63,559 bases of DNA, filler included, from Chiloscyllium plagiosum (GCF_004010195.1; 6 parts of one record of this genome joined end to end with filler, not necessarily neighbours in it); one strand, 5' to 3'. Counted from the whole stretch's first letter, positions 36,784-51,100 are shown. Program-made: numbers and translations. Notes: generated by a model not told the origin, from the sequence alone.

Positions 36784-36973
36784 GTTTTAACATCTGGTAG
36801 ATACTACAGAGAGAGGAAGGGCTGGAGGTGTTTCCAAAGATCGGAATGGATTTGGAATCTGGAGGTTGCAGAGACAATGAGCTGTGTAGGAGCAGAAGGT
36901 GGTTACAGAATCAGGAGCACTATCGGGACTAGAGGATGTTACACGGTAGTTAGGCATTGGAGTAGGTTAGGTA

Positions 36974-37140
36974 AAAACAAGATCTGCTGATGCTGAAAAC
37001 CAGAGTCTAGATTAGAGTGGTGCTGGAAAAGCACAGCAGGTCAGACAGCATCCGAAGAACAGGAAAATCAACGTTTCGGGCAATAGCCCTTCATCAGGAA
37101 TATAGGCACGATGCCTGCAGAGTGGAGAGATAAATGAGTA
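36974..37140 (-). mobile_element. Penelope-like terminus (family A variant) with hammerhead core at about 37067-37100
   Basis: Minus: TTC CTGATGA A GGGC TATT GCCC GAAA CGTT GATT. Confidence 0.8.
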
Positions 37141-38118
37141 CGTTATATAACAGAGAAAATTGTAGGGACTTGAGCAAAAAAAAAGAGATGACCAGGGTTG
37201 GCAGTGCTGGAGAAGGAATGAACACTGTAGTGGCTGGCGTTTATGGAGATACTGCAAACTGTCAGGGCAGGAGGCAGTTAGTAAGGTTGTTTGTGGAAAC
37301 GATTGGAGGAGATTGCAAAAATTTGGTTTCTATGAATCCGAATAATTGCAGAGAATGGGAGAGCTGTAAAGACTTCAGGCATTTTTTATAGAGAGGAAAG
37401 GTTATTGGGGCTGGAGGAGATTCCAGAGAAGGAAGGTTTATATGGCCTGTATGAGTTACAGAGATAATGAGGGCTACATTGGCTGATGGAGGTCGCAGAG
37501 ATTAGAATGTATCACACAGGATCGACGAGGTTACAAAGGCGTGATATTTATGGATTTGGAGGACTCTCAAGACATCACACTGAATATCACTGACGCCTTT
37601 TGGCACAGAAGGGTGTCATTTGACCGATCATGGTTACACCAGCTCTTCAACTAAACTCTTTGCTGAGTAATGATCTCCTTCTTCCCTCACATCCTCGCTT
37701 TTTTTTTGTATCAAAGATCATCCAATCGCCTCCTGAATGTTTCAGTCAAACATGCAACTACAATGCATCTAAGTGTATTCGAATTACATACAGAGATCAT
37801 TTTCCAGGCATAAATCCACTTTCTAGTTTCAAACCAGCCTGATTCCATCTTTTGGCATGCTTACTATGAGGTGCCCACAGAGGATTCTAAGACAGCTCTT
37901 TGTTCGCTCTCAGTTTTCCCATAACACCCCTCTGCTCTACCATTTCCCTCTGAACCTCCAGCATTCCTCCTGGTTCCCAATTTGATTCTCTCTCTGACAC
38001 CGATTCTATTGTTCTTCACTTTTTCCCCGGGGAGCATTGCGTTTGTTAAAACTGCCTTTCCTATTTGAGGGACAATTCCTCGACTGGACCCAAACCATCT
38101 TCTCATTGAAGGAGGCCA

Positions 38119-41100
38119 TTGTTCACTTTTTCATTTTCTGACAAACGTGATGTTCCAGTCAAACCTGCTTGCAGCTGTATGATGTTGGAGCTGGCTGTTC
38201 CCGTTGTGAATGGCAGTGACTACATCTGCAGCAAGTGTTGGTTGCTGAAAGAACTCCGGATCAGAATTGATGATCTGGAATCTGAGCTTCAAACACTGCG
38301 GCACATCCGGGAGGGGGAGAGTTACCTGGACGCTTTGTTTCAGGAGGCAGTCACACCCGGGAGATTAAGTAATTCACATTCAGTTAGTGATCAGGGACAT
38401 CAGAGTGTGACTGTAAGTGAGGCAGGTAGGGGGAACCTGAGTTCAGGAGTGCAGGAGCCTCAGCCCTTGACCTTGTCCAACAGGTATGAGATTCTTGATC
38501 CCTATATGGATGAGGAAAAGGGCTCTGGACAGGATGAGCCAGCTGACCACGGCACCATGGTGCAGAAGGCCATTCAAGAGGGAGGAGCAAAAAGACAGGT
38601 AGTTGTTATAGGGGATTCTATAATTAGGCGGAGAGATATTATCCAATGCAAACCGGATCGGAAGTCTCGAATGGTGTGTTGCCTGCCTGGTGCCAGAGTG
38701 CGGGACATCTCCGACTGGCTTGAAAAGATATTGGAGCGGGAGGAGGAGCATCCAGTTGTTGTGGTCCACGTTGGGACTAACAACATTGGCAAAGCTAGGG
38801 TGGAGGACCTGTTTGGGGATTATCAATCACTAGGAAGGAAATTGAAGTACAGGTCCTCAAGGGTTATAATCTCCGGATTACTACCTGAGCCATGAGCCAA
38901 TTGGCATAGGGATAAGAAAATTAGGGAAGTAACCACGTGGCTCAGGGATTGGTGTGTGAAAGAGGGATTCCATTTCATGAGGCATTGGCATCAGTTTTGA
39001 AACCGGGGGGATCTGTACCGTTGGGACGGTCTCCTCCTGAACCGATCTGGTACCAATGTTCGAGCGAAGAGGATAAATAGTGTCGTCAGTAGGACTTTAA
39101 ACTTCTGAGTTGGGGGGAAGGGAAAGTGAAAGCGACAGGGCGAATGGAGTTAAATGGAAAGATAAGCAGCACGTATGCAGGTGACTTTAATCTTGAGGCA
39201 GATTAGGAATGCAACAAAAAGGAAGGATAACTTAGGACATCTTATGACTTCCAATATCTCTAATAATAAGAAAGTCAGCATTAAGACACTTTACCTGAAT
39301 GCTCGTAGCATTCGTAACAAAGTTGATGAACTAACTGCACAGATCATCGTGAATGATTATGATGTGGTAGGCATCACAGAGACATGGTTGCGGGGGTTCA
39401 GGACTGGCAGGTAAACATCCAAGGATTTACAACTTATCGAAAAGACAGGGACGTGGGCATAGGGGGCGGGGTGACCTGTTAGTTAAGAACAAAATTAAAT
39501 CTATGGCACTGAATGACATAGGGTTGGATGATGTGGAGTCTGTGGGTGGAATTGAGGAACCAAAAAGGCAAAAAAAAAACATAGTGGGAGTTCTGTACAG
39601 ACCTCCGAACAGTGGTCAGGACCAGGGGCGCAACATGTACCGGGAAATAGAGAAGGCATGTCAGAAAGGCAAGGTCACGGTGATCATGGGAGACTTCAAT
39701 ATGCAGGTGGACTGGGTAAATAATGTTGCCAGTGGATCCAAAGAAAGGGAATTCTTGGATTGCTTACAGGATAGCTTTTTGGAACAGATTGTCATGGAGC
39801 TCACAAGGGAGCAGGTTATTTTGGACATAGTGCTATGTAATGAACCAGACTTTCTAAAAGATCTGAACGTAAGGGAACACTTAGGAAGCCGCGATAATAA
39901 TATGGTAGAGTTCAGTCTGCAGTTTGAAACAGAGAAGGCAAAATCGGATGTAATGGTGTTACAGTTAAACAAAGGTAATTATGAGGGCATGAGAGGGGAA
40001 CTGACGAAAATCTACTGGAAGCAGAGCCGAGCAGGGAAGACAGCAGACCAAAAATGGCAGGCATTTGTGGGTATAATTGAGGACTCAGTACAGATGTTCA
40101 TCCCCACGAAAAGAAAGATTATCCGGGGAGGGATTAGACAGCCATAGCTGACATAGGAAGTCAGGAAATGTATCAAAGAAAAAGAGAGATTCTATAAAGT
40201 GGCCAAGAGCATTTGGAAATCAGAAGATTGGGAAGGCAACAAAAACAAACAGAGTATAACAAAGAGAGAAATAAGGAAGGAGATAATCAAATATGAGGGT
40301 CGGCTAGCCAGTAATATTAGAAATGTTAGTAAAAGTTTCTTTCAATGTATAAGAAACAAACAACAGGCAAAAGTAGACATTGGCCACTTCAAACTGATGC
40401 TGGAAGCCTAGTGATGGGAGATAAGGAAATAGCTGGAGAACTTAATAAGTACTTTGCGTCAGTCTTCAAAGTGGAAGGCATGAGTAATATCCCAACAATT
40501 AAAGAGAATCAGGGTGCTGAGTTGAGTATGGTTGCCATTACAAAAGAGATAGTAATAGAAATGCTAAAGGTCTTAAAATTGACAAATCTCTTGGCCCTGA
40601 TGGGCTACATCCTAGAGTTCTGAGGGAGGTGGCTGAGGAAATAGTGGAGGCTTTGGTTCAGATCCTTCAAAAGTCACAGGAGTCAGGGAAAGTCGCGGAT
40701 GATTGGAAGACCGCTGTTGGAAACTCATTGTTCAAGAAAGGATCAAGGCAAAAGATGGAAAATTATAGGCCAATTAGCCTAACCTTGGTTGTTGGTAAAA
40801 TTCTAGAATCCATCATTAAGGATAAGGTTTCTAAATTCTTGGAAGAGCAGGGTTGGATTAGAACAAGTCACCATGGATTTAGTAAGGGGAGGTCGTGCCT
40901 GACAAACCTGTTAGAATTCTTTGAAGAGGTGACAAGTAGGTTAGACCGGGGAAACCCAGTGGATGTGGTCTATCTAGACTTCCAAAATGCCTTTGTTAAG
41001 GTGCCACACGGGAGGCTGCTGAGTAAGGTGAGGGCCTATGGTGTTCGAGGTGAGCTACTGGTATGGATTGAGGATTGGCTGTCTGACAGAAGGCAGAGAG

Positions 41101-42151
41101 TTGGGATAAAAGGTTCTTTTTTGGAATGGCAGCCGGTGATAAGCGGTGTCCCACAGGGTTCAGTATTGGGGCCGCAGATGTTCACGTTATATATTAATGA
41201 TCTGTATGAAGGGACTGGGGGCATTCTAGCGAAGTTTGCCGATGATGCGAAGTTAGGTGGACAGGCAGGTAGTAGTGAGGAAGTGGGGATGCTGCAGAAG
41301 GATCTGGACAGTTTGGGAGAGTGGTCCAGCTAATGCCTGATGAAGGTCAATGTGAGCAAGTGCGAGGTCATGCACTTTGGAAAAAAGAATACAAGCATGG
41401 ACTACTTTCTAAACGGTGAGAAAATTCATAAAACCAAAGTACAAAGGGATCAGGGAATGCTAGTCGAGGATTCTCTAAAGGTAAACATGCACGTTGAATC
41501 CGTGATTAAGAAAGCAAATGCAATGTTGTCATTTATCTCATGAGGGTTGGAATATAAAACATCGATGTGCTACTGAGACTTTATAAAGCTCTGGTTAGGC
41601 CCCATTTGGAGTACTGTGTCCAGTTTTGGGCCCCACACTTCAGGAGGGACATACTGGAACTGGAGCATGTCCAGCGGAGATTCACTTGGAATGGAAGGTC
41701 TAATATCCGAGGAACAGCTGAGGATCCTGAGATAGTACTCATTTGAGTTTAGAAGGTTAAGGGGAGATCTAATAGAAACTTACAAGATAATACATGGCTT
41801 GGAAAGTTTGGATGCTAAGACATTGTTTCCATTAGGCGAGGAGACTAGGACCCGTGGCCACAGCCTTAGAATTAGAGGGGGTCAATTCAGAACAGAAATG
41901 CGGAGACATTTCTTCAGCCAGAGAGTGTTGGGCCTGTGGAATTCATTGCCGCAGAGTGCAGTGGAGGCCGGGACGCTAAATGTCTTCAAGGCAGAGATTG
42001 ATAAATTCTTGATGTCACAAGGAATTAAGGGCAACAGGGAGAATGCGGGTAAGTGGAGTTTAAATGCCCATCAACCATGATGAAATGGAGGAGTGGACTC
42101 GATGGGTCGAATGGCCTTACTTCCGCTCCTATGTCTTATGGTCTTATGGTC
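38119..42151 (+). mobile_element. Near full-length CR1 LINE (ORF1 zinc finger/coiled coil/SGNH esterase; ORF2 endonuclease-RT), inactivated
   Basis: ORF1: CxxC...YICSKC, IGDSII, CLPGARV, HVGTNN, DGLLLN, with stops at 38893 and about 38998, ending near 39108. ORF2: YLNARSIRNK, GITETW, MGDFN, NYRPISLT, LTNLLEFFE, GVPQGSVLGP, KFADD, FFSQRV..LWNSLP. Several stops and frameshifts; tail (tcttatgg)n. Confidence 0.97.
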
Positions 42152-45115
42152 ACACTACCACCCTCGCCGTGTCCCCCTCACACTCACTCTATCACCGTCA
42201 ACCTGAACCCCTCAGACTCACTCCATCATTGTCACCCTGACCCTCTCACACTCACTCCACCACCGTCACACAGATCCCCTCACACTCACTCCGTCACCAC
42301 CACATTGATCCTCTCACAGTCACACTATCACCCTCACTGTGAACCCATCACACTCACTCCATCACTGTCACTCTGACCCCCTCACACTCACTTCATTGCT
42401 GTCACACTGATCCACTCACACTCACATTATCACCCTCACCCTGACCCCCTCACACTCACTCCACCACCATCATCCTGACCCCCTCACACTCACTCCATCA
42501 CCGTCACACTGACCCCCTCACACTCACTCCATNNNNNNNNNNNNNNNNNNNNNNNNNNNNNNNNNNNNNNNNNNNNNNNNNNNNNNNNNNNNNNNNNNNN
42601 NNNNNNNNNNNNNNNNNNNNNNNNNNNNNNNNNNNNNNNNNNNNNNNNNNNNNNNNNNNNNNNNNNNNNNNNNNNNNNNNNNNNNNNNNNNNNNNNNNNN
42701 NNNNNNNNNNNNNNNNNNNNNNNNNNNNNNNNNNNNNNNNNNNNNNNNNNNNNNNNNNNNNNNNNNNNNNNNNNNNNNNNNNNNNNNNNNNNNNNNNNNN
42801 NNNNNNNNNNNNNNNNNNNNNNNNNNNNNNNNNNNNNNNNNNNNNNNNNNNNNNNNNNNNNNNNNACACTAACTCCATCACCGTCACACTGACCCCCTTA
42901 CACTACAATCTATCACCCTCACCCTGNNNNNNNNNNNNNNNNNNNNNNNNNNNNNNNNNNNNNNNNNNNNNNNNNNNNNNNNNNNNNNNNNNNNNNNNNN
43001 NNNNNNNNNNNNNNNNNNNNNNNNNNNNNNNNNNNNNNNNNNNNNNNNNNNNNNNNNNNNNNNNNNNNNNNNNNNNNNNNNNNNNNNNNNNNNNNNNNNN
43101 NNNNNNNNNNNNNNNNNNNNNNNNNNNNNNNNNNNNNNNNNNNNNNNNNNNNNNNNNNNNNNNNNNNNNNNNNNNNNNNNNNNNNNNNNNNNNNNNNNNN
43201 NNNNNNNNNNNNNNNNNNNNNNNNNNNNNNNNNNNNNNNNNNNNNNNNNNNNNNNNNNNNNNNNNNNNNNNNNNNNNNNNNNNNNNNNNNNNNNNNNNNN
43301 NNNNNNNNNNNNNNNNNNNNNNNNNNNNNNNNNNNNNNNNNNNNNNNNNNNNNNNNNNNNNNNNNNNNNNNNNNNNNNNNNNNNNNNNNNNNNNNNNNNN
43401 NNNNNNNNNNNNNNNNNNNNNNNNNNTCACCCTGACCCCCTCATACTCACTCCATCACAGTAATACTGATCTCCTCAAGCTCACACTATCACCCTCACCG
43501 TGATCCCCTCACACTCACTCCACCACCATCATCCTGACCCCCTAACACTCACTCCATCACCATCACACTTATCTCCTCACACTCACTCTTTAACCATAAC
43601 CCGGAACGCCTCACACTCACTACATTTCGGTCACACTTATCGCCTCCCACTCACTCCATCACCAAATCCCTGACACCCTCACACTCACTCCATCAAACTC
43701 ATCCTGAACCCCCAAACTCAATCGTCACCGTCACCCTGAACGCCTCACACTCACTCTATCATCGTCAGACTGATCTCCTCACACTCACGTTATCACCCTC
43801 ACACTAACACCCTCACTCTCACTCCATCACCAACACACTGATTAGCTCACATTCACTTCACCACCTTCACCTGGCCCCCTCACACTCACTCCATCACAGC
43901 CACACTGATTCCCTCACACTCACTCTATCACCCTCACCCTGACCCCCACACACTCACTCCATCACCCTCACACTGATCCAGTCACTCACACTCCATTACC
44001 GTCACCCTGACCCGCTCAACCTCACTCCATCACCATCTCCCTAACCCCGCACACTCACTCCATCACCGTCACGCTGACCCCTCACACTCACTCCTTCACT
44101 GTCACCCTGAACCCACTCTCACTCACTCCTTCACCGTCACCCTGAACCCCTCACACTCACTCCATCACCGTCACCCTTACCACCACACCCTCATTCCATC
44201 ACCATCATCCTGACAACCTCACACTCACTCCATCACCCTCACCCTGACCCCTTCACACTCATTCCATCAACGACAACCTGACCAAGTCGACACTCATTCC
44301 ATCACCCTGACCCTGACCTCCTCACACTCACTTCATCACCGACAACCTGACCACCTCACACTTCCTCTATCACCCTCACCATGACCCTCACAATCACCCC
44401 ATCACCGTCACACTGATCCACTCACACTCACTCCATCACCAATACCCTGACAACCTCACACTCCCTCCACTACCCTCACGCTGACCCCCTCACACTCACT
44501 CCATGACCATCACCCTGAACCTTTCACCCTCACTCCATCAGTGTCACCCTGACCTTCTCATACTCACTCCATCATTGTCACCCGGATCCCCTCATACTCA
44601 CTTCTCCATGGTTACCTTGACCCCCTCACAATCACTCGATCATCGTCACCATGACTGGCTCACACTCACTCCATCACAGTCACCCTTACCCCCACACACT
44701 CACTCTATCACCATCACCCTGGCCTCCTCACACTCACACCATCATTGTCACCCTGATCCCCTCACACTTACTCCATCACCGTCACATTGATTCCCTCATA
44801 CTCACTCCATCACCGTCACCCTGACCACATCACACGCACTCCATCACTGTTCACCTGAAGCCTCTGTCACTCACTCCATCACCGTCACCCTGAGCCCCTC
44901 ACACTCACTCCATCACAGTCACCATTATACCCCAAACTCACTCCATCGCCGTCACACTGATCCCCTCACTCTCACTCCATCACTGTCACCTGACCCCCTC
45001 ACATTCACTCTATCACCCATACCCTGACTCACTCACAATGTCTCCATCATCGACACACTGATCCCCTGACGCTCACACCTTCACCATCACCGTGACACCC
45101 TCACAGTCACTCCAT
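42152..45115. repeat. 34-bp satellite, reverse orientation relative to 7851-9363, with N gaps
   Basis: Unit CCCTGACCCCCTCACACTCACTCCATCACCGTCA. Confidence 0.95.
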
Positions 45116-45215
45116 NNNNNNNNNNNNNNNNNNNNNNNNNNNNNNNNNNNNNNNNNNNNTTAATTAATTAANNNNNNNNNNNNNNNNNNNNNNNNNNNNN
45201 NNNNNNNNNNNNNNN
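45116..45215. other. Artificial join spacer
   Basis: N44-TTAATTAATTAA-N44. Confidence 0.95.
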
Positions 45216-47540
45216 CACCAACAGCACATTGACTTTCCCGCACTCTCCCCCACTCTCACACTCACTCAGCTGCACACTTTAGCATCATCACACTCATGCC
45301 CCCCACACACTTCTACAATGTCACTCCCCCTCCCCGTGCATACTCCCACCATCAGAATCCCGCCCTTGCACATTCTCCCAACGTCACTACCCCAAACATT
45401 CCCGCACGTTCATGCTCACTCCTCACACACATCCCACCCTGACGCTGACTCCCTGACACACTGCTCTATCGTCATTGCTTCTTTCCACACACTCCCTCAC
45501 CATCACGCTCACTACCCCGCCCACACCAACACTGTCAGAGTCAATCCCTCTGACTCAATCCCTCACACAATCCCCCACTATCGTACTCACATCCCCTTGC
45601 TTCCCGACTGTTATGCTCACTCCCCCGGGCTCCCTCACCATTACTCTCACCCATATACTCCCCCTCCATCAAACTCACTCTCCCATCATCGTGCCGACTC
45701 CCCACAAATGCCGCCAACATTTCATATATTCCCCAATGCATTATGCCACCGTCACACTCACTCGCCAAACACTGTCCCATCATCATGCTCACTCTCCATG
45801 CACACCCCCACTGTCACACTCATTCACTAGCATACACTCCCACCGTCACACTCACTCCCCCGAACACTCCTCCACTGTTATGCTTACTCATCTCACACGC
45901 TACCCCATCGTCACGTTCGTCTGCCTCACATTCCCCCAATGTCGCACTCACTCAACAGGAGTCTCCAACAACGTCACACTCACTCCCTTGCATACTCCAA
46001 TATCATCATGATCACTCCCGGCGGCATTTACCATGGTCACATTCACTCCCGCAATCTTTCCACCATCACATTCTCTCCCAAACATGACTGCACACTGTCA
46101 TTCACCTCCCCGCACATTTGCCCCTTGTCACGCTCGCAATCACCCACAATCACCCTCACTGCCTTGCACACGTCCACACTTTTACACTCAATCCTACACA
46201 CTGCCGCACTGTACACTCACTCTCACGCACTCCCCATCACCGTCACTGCCTCTTCCCTGCACATTCCCAAAACCATCACGCTCATTCCTCCATCCTCTCC
46301 ATCACTGTAATGCTCACCACCCGCACACTTCTCCACCTTCACTCTCACTCCTCCGCATATACACCCGCCATCACACTCACTCACCCGCACACTCCCCGAC
46401 CATCACGCTCACTCCCTCACATTTTGCCCCACCATTCTGCTCACTCCCTCGCCCTCTCTGCCATTGTCATGCATGCACCCATACACTCCCCCACTGTCAA
46501 CTTACTCTGCTGCACTCTCACCCATGGACAGCCTCGCTCAGGTGTACAAATGCGAACGTCACTTTCACTCCACCTGCACTCCCACATCGTCATGCTTACT
46601 CCCCTGCAGGCTCCATACTGTCAGACTCACACCATCACAAACTCCATTACCATTGCACTTACTCCCCATGTGTTTGCCCACCATCTCAATCACATCTCCC
46701 AAATCCCTCCACCATCATGCTCACTCCTCCATATACTCCCCCACTATCATGCTCGCTCCACCACACAATGCCTCACCGTCAAGCCTACTCCCCACACATA
46801 TGCCCACCATCACGTTCACTCACTCACACACTCTCCACCATCATGCTCACTCCCCTGAATGCTCCCCACAGTCACACAATCGGCCATGGTCACATTGACT
46901 CCCCTCCACACGTCCCCACCATCACACTCACTACCAAACATAAGCCCCCAGCAACACGCACACGTCCTTACACACCGCCACACCGTAATGCTCAATACCC
47001 CGCAGACTGTCCTACCGTCACATCACTCCCCTGCACACTTCCCCACTGTCTCGCTCACTCTTCCATGCACAGACCCGCCATCAGATCCATTCCTCTGCAC
47101 TCTCTCCCACTGTCATACCATCTCCTCAACAAACTTGCTTCCATCACACTCATTCCCCAGAAACTCCATCACAGTCACACTCACTCCCCTGCACAGTACT
47201 GTACCATCATTGTCACGTCACTGCACACTCCCCCACCATCACATTCACTTCCCATACTCTCTTCTCCACTGTCACCCTCTCTTCCCCGCATACGCCCAAA
47301 CCATCATGTTCACACTCCTGCACACTTCACCCAGTCAAGCTGACTCTCCAACAAGCTCTGTCACCGTCACGCTCACCCCCACACCCTCCACCCCATCATA
47401 CACAGCCCCACACCACTCCCACCGTAACGCTGACCCCCACGCAAATTCCCCTACCATCACGCTCACTCCCTCGCACACTCCCCCCGCATCACACTCACAT
47501 GGCCACGCAGTCTCCCACCATCACACCGCTCACACACCTT
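45216..47540. repeat. Highly degenerate C/A-rich satellite related to the 34-bp repeat
   Basis: Recurrent ccaccatcacactcactcccc motifs. The 436-aa His/Pro/Thr ORF is compositional. Confidence 0.85.
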
Positions 47541-48495
47541 AAACTGAGCTCCTGCCTGTGAACCGACCCAGTTGATCCCCTCTAAATGGACTTTAACCCC
47601 ATTCCCATTCTATTCCCTGAATAACAGACAGTGGGTCCCATACAATGTGTTCTGTTTGTGATATCCTGATGTACCAGTCTCAGGCACAGCCTATGGTGCC
47701 ACTCCACCTGTTACCCCCGAGTAACAGCTCGTGTTCTCACCTCCACTATGTCCCCGAGCAATGGCGTTTGGCCCAAGCTGCATACAGTTGCCTTTGCAAT
47801 GGCCTGAAATGCCGTCCCAATCTCTGTTCCCTAACATCGGCCTGAAGATCTACAACCCTCTTCTGTTCCCCCAGCGATGAAGGATTCGAGGAAGACAGTA
47901 ACATTGGGAGGTTATAATCGCAAGACAGCGAGAGAGTGAATGAGATTGCGGAAGGCAAGGACAGTGAAATTGAGTGTGTAAATGGGAAAAGGATAGAGAA
48001 CTAGCAGTGCAGTGTGAGAGTGGGAGGATATATCGAGGGAGAGTTCCAAAGGGAGCAAGTTGAATTCTGCTGAGAGCCAAGTTGGAGTTGGAGATCCAGA
48101 AGGGAAAATAAGGACAGAGGGAGTTAAGCCCACCTCCTGAGCTCAGGGCGCGGTGCTCTCCCCTTCCCTGAGGACCAGGACTTGGGGCTGAATCTGTCTG
48201 TCTCCATCTCAGCTTCTCCAACACAAAGACACACAACAACATCGGTCACTCTGCTGCTCAGCACACTTTAATCAACATTTTTATTGTGCACAAATGGAAG
48301 TGATGGATACAGTCAGTGGGATGGTGCCTTTTCACACCGCCCCCTGAGTTGTGAGAAACAGTGAAATGTTTCCCTGTAACCCCCCTGTGGGATAAGGAAG
48401 GACAAACCAGCGCTACCCTCAGTCTGTTACCATAACTACAGGCTGCTCCATCGCTGAAACACTGAACTGAAATGAGAAAATCCCGGATGGATTGA

Positions 48496-49224
48496 TTAAT
48501 GAGGTAATTTGATTGATGGATGGATTTGGGTGAAGGGATATTTGAGCACATTCTTCAGCTGCTGCCTGAACTTAGTCTGGGTCACGTCATAAATCACGGT
48601 GTTTGTGCAGCAACTGAGGAGCTACAGCATGAAGCCCAAATCCCGCACAAAGTAATGGAGATACACAGACTGATACCCAATATACCACATCCGGTACCAT
48701 TTTGTTGAGAAATGGGACACACGGGGTTAGAATGTGGTGGAGGAACTCGATTGTGACCCAGACACTGGAGTAACGAACAGCGTCTGTTACATCACAAAAC
48801 CAGGGGGCGTTCTCAGGGTTCCACAGCCGATACCGAGCCGTGAGAATAAAATACCAGGAAATGTTCTTTAAACAGCTCAGCACAGTCACTGCTCCCAGAA
48901 CCACAGCCACCGCTTTCTCACTGCAATATTTACTTTTCAGCTTCTGGCAACAAATGGCCACAAACCGATCAAAGGTGAAAGTGACGGTGAACCAGACAGA
49001 GCAGTCAGTGGCTGCATAAAGCAGGACGGCATGGATATTACACACGGGGACGGAATACTCCAGGAAATAAAACTGTTCCCAAAAAACAATGGGAATGTGT
49101 CTCAGTATCAGGTCGAAGATAATGACCAGGAGATCCGCCGCTGCCATGGCCCCCAGGTAACGTCTGACACATGGAGACAATCCATAATCTTTATAAAGCA
49201 GGACGTAGATGGTCACTACGTTAA
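48496..49224 (-). pseudogene. GPR139/GPR142-like class A GPCR, main coding exon, pseudogene
   Basis: Acceptor ttttccttcctcacag| then (V)NVVTI...YLGAMAAADLLVIIFD...TDCSVWFTVTFTFDRFVAICC...TPCVPF. A frameshifting deletion near 48705 removes the end of TM5 through TM6. The second frame reads ...DLGFML*LLSCCTNTVIYDVTQTKFRQQLKNVLKYPF...H*, with a nonsense codon at 48622-48624. Confidence 0.92.
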
Positions 49225-49789
49225 CTGTGAGGAAGGAAAACAAACCCATTATCAATCAGCCTGGAGGCAAAGGGACCCGTTTGATCGGGGACACAGTGAG
49301 ATTTTCAAATATGTCCCTGTATTCAGGGATTTATTAAAATAATTGGAGCTGGAATAACAAATGGTAAGGTCTGAATGACTGACAAAAATGTGACATAAAC
49401 CACAAGCAACCCTCCCTCCCCAAACACACAGAGATTCATCCATAAGGACAGATGGTTTCTAGAACATTCCTATACACTCGATCACTCGAGAGCAGACATA
49501 GGTCACTCCTTCCCAGTTCCTAATACGGAGGGTGGAAAGGTTGCTGTCCTGAAGAATTCTCTCCCAGTATCCTGAAGACAAACGGAGTTTGGGAATTTCT
49601 GTATTTTGGTCTAAACTGTGGTCGATCCTGAGTCGTGAAGAAATGTAAACACAGGGAAAACATATTCCCCCCTTTAACTGCCAGAGGGGCCTTCGGAACA
49701 GTGTCTCCTGCTCCCTGGAACGGGATCTCTTCCTTCGGGATCTTATCGTTTGTTCAATTCACTGCCGTCCGGCCGATCACAAACAATGT

Positions 49790-50092
49790 CAGGGACAGAA
49801 CGTTCCGGGGAATGTCAGTTATAGAATGTCGGGGACAGAAAGTTACGGGGAATGTCAGTTATAGAATGTTGGGGACAGAACGTTCCGGGGAATGACAGTT
49901 ATAGAATGTTGGGGACAGAACGTTCTGGGGAATGACAGTTATGGAATGTTGGGGACAGAACGTTCCGGGGAATGGCAGTGAGAGAATGTTGGGGACAGAA
50001 CGTTCCAGGGAATGACAGTTATAGAATGTCGCGTACAGAACGTTCCGGGGAATGGCAGTTACAGAATATTGGGGACAGAACGTTCAGGGGAA
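49790..50092. repeat. 40-bp minisatellite, about 7.5 copies
   Basis: Unit GGGGACAGAACGTTCCGGGGAATGACAGTTATAGAATGTT. Confidence 0.95.
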
Positions 50093-50639
50093 CTCCCTGA
50101 CCTCTCCTTCACCTACCCACCCCACCAACATCATGTACTGTGCCTGGACACACTGAAACATTAATGGGGTGAGAGACGGAGGGTTCAATCACAGGAATGG
50201 GAACTAAAGGCATTGCCAGATCAGCTGAAATGGTTAGATATACCACATTCTCAATCCACCTCACAGAACCAGCCGAGACACCATAAACCCAGAGGAGATA
50301 TCTGTTCACCATGGAACACTGTGCAGACCAGGCCAGTGTGCTGCTCAGTACAACCCAGCAATCTGTCCTGATTCAACCATTGCTCTGGTCAATGCAATCC
50401 AACAATCTGTCCATAGTGGAGCACTGCACAGATCAGATCCGGACATTGATCCATTAACACGGACGAGATACCTGTCCAGCACCGGGAGCTGTGCAGACCA
50501 CAGCAGGGCACTGACGTGTTAACTTGAAATAAATATTCATCCAGCATTGGGAGCTAAACAAACCACAACATTGCATTATCTATAAACCTCAACCAGATAG
50601 TCTGACCAGTACAGCGAACTCTGCAGTGATCACCAGTGA

Positions 50640-51100
50640 ATTAATCTGTCAACAAGGAGCAGTTACCTTCCCAGCATGTAGGACTGTGTACACCACACCA
50701 GTGCATTGATCTGTAAACCAGGAGCAGTTACCCTCCCAGCATGCAGGACTGTGTACCAGGCCTCAGTGCATTGATCTGTAAAACAGGAGCAGTTACTCTC
50801 CCAGCATGTAGGATGATGTACACCACCCCAGTGCATGGATCTGTAAACCAGGAGCAGTTACCCTCCCAGCATGTAGGACTGTGTACACCACCCCAGTGCA
50901 TTGATCTGGAAATCAGGCATAGATACCCTCCCAGCATGTAGAGCTGTGTCCACCAACCCACTGCATCGATCTGTAAACCAGGCGTAGTTACCCTCCCAGT
51001 GTGTCGTGATCCGTACGACCCCCCTGTGCATTTATATGTAAACCAGGAGCAGTTACCCTCACAGCATGTAGGACTGTGTACACCACTCCACTGCATTGCT
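50640..51100. repeat. 65-bp minisatellite, about 7 copies, with decayed copies back to about 50270
   Basis: ctgtaaaccaggagcagttaccctcccagcatgtaggactgtgtacaccaccccagtgcattgat at 50711, 50776 and 50841. Confidence 0.95.

Noticed and set aside
46033..47343. 436-aa His/Pro-rich ORF
   Set aside because: A C/A-rich degenerate satellite strand is naturally poor in stop codons.
47640..47960. GC-richer unique stretch suggestive of an exon
   Set aside because: No recognisable motif in translation; cannot be assigned.
49292..49330. CACAGTG heptamer suggesting a V(D)J recombination signal
   Set aside because: No nonamer at 12 or 23 bp spacing and no Ig/TCR segment nearby.
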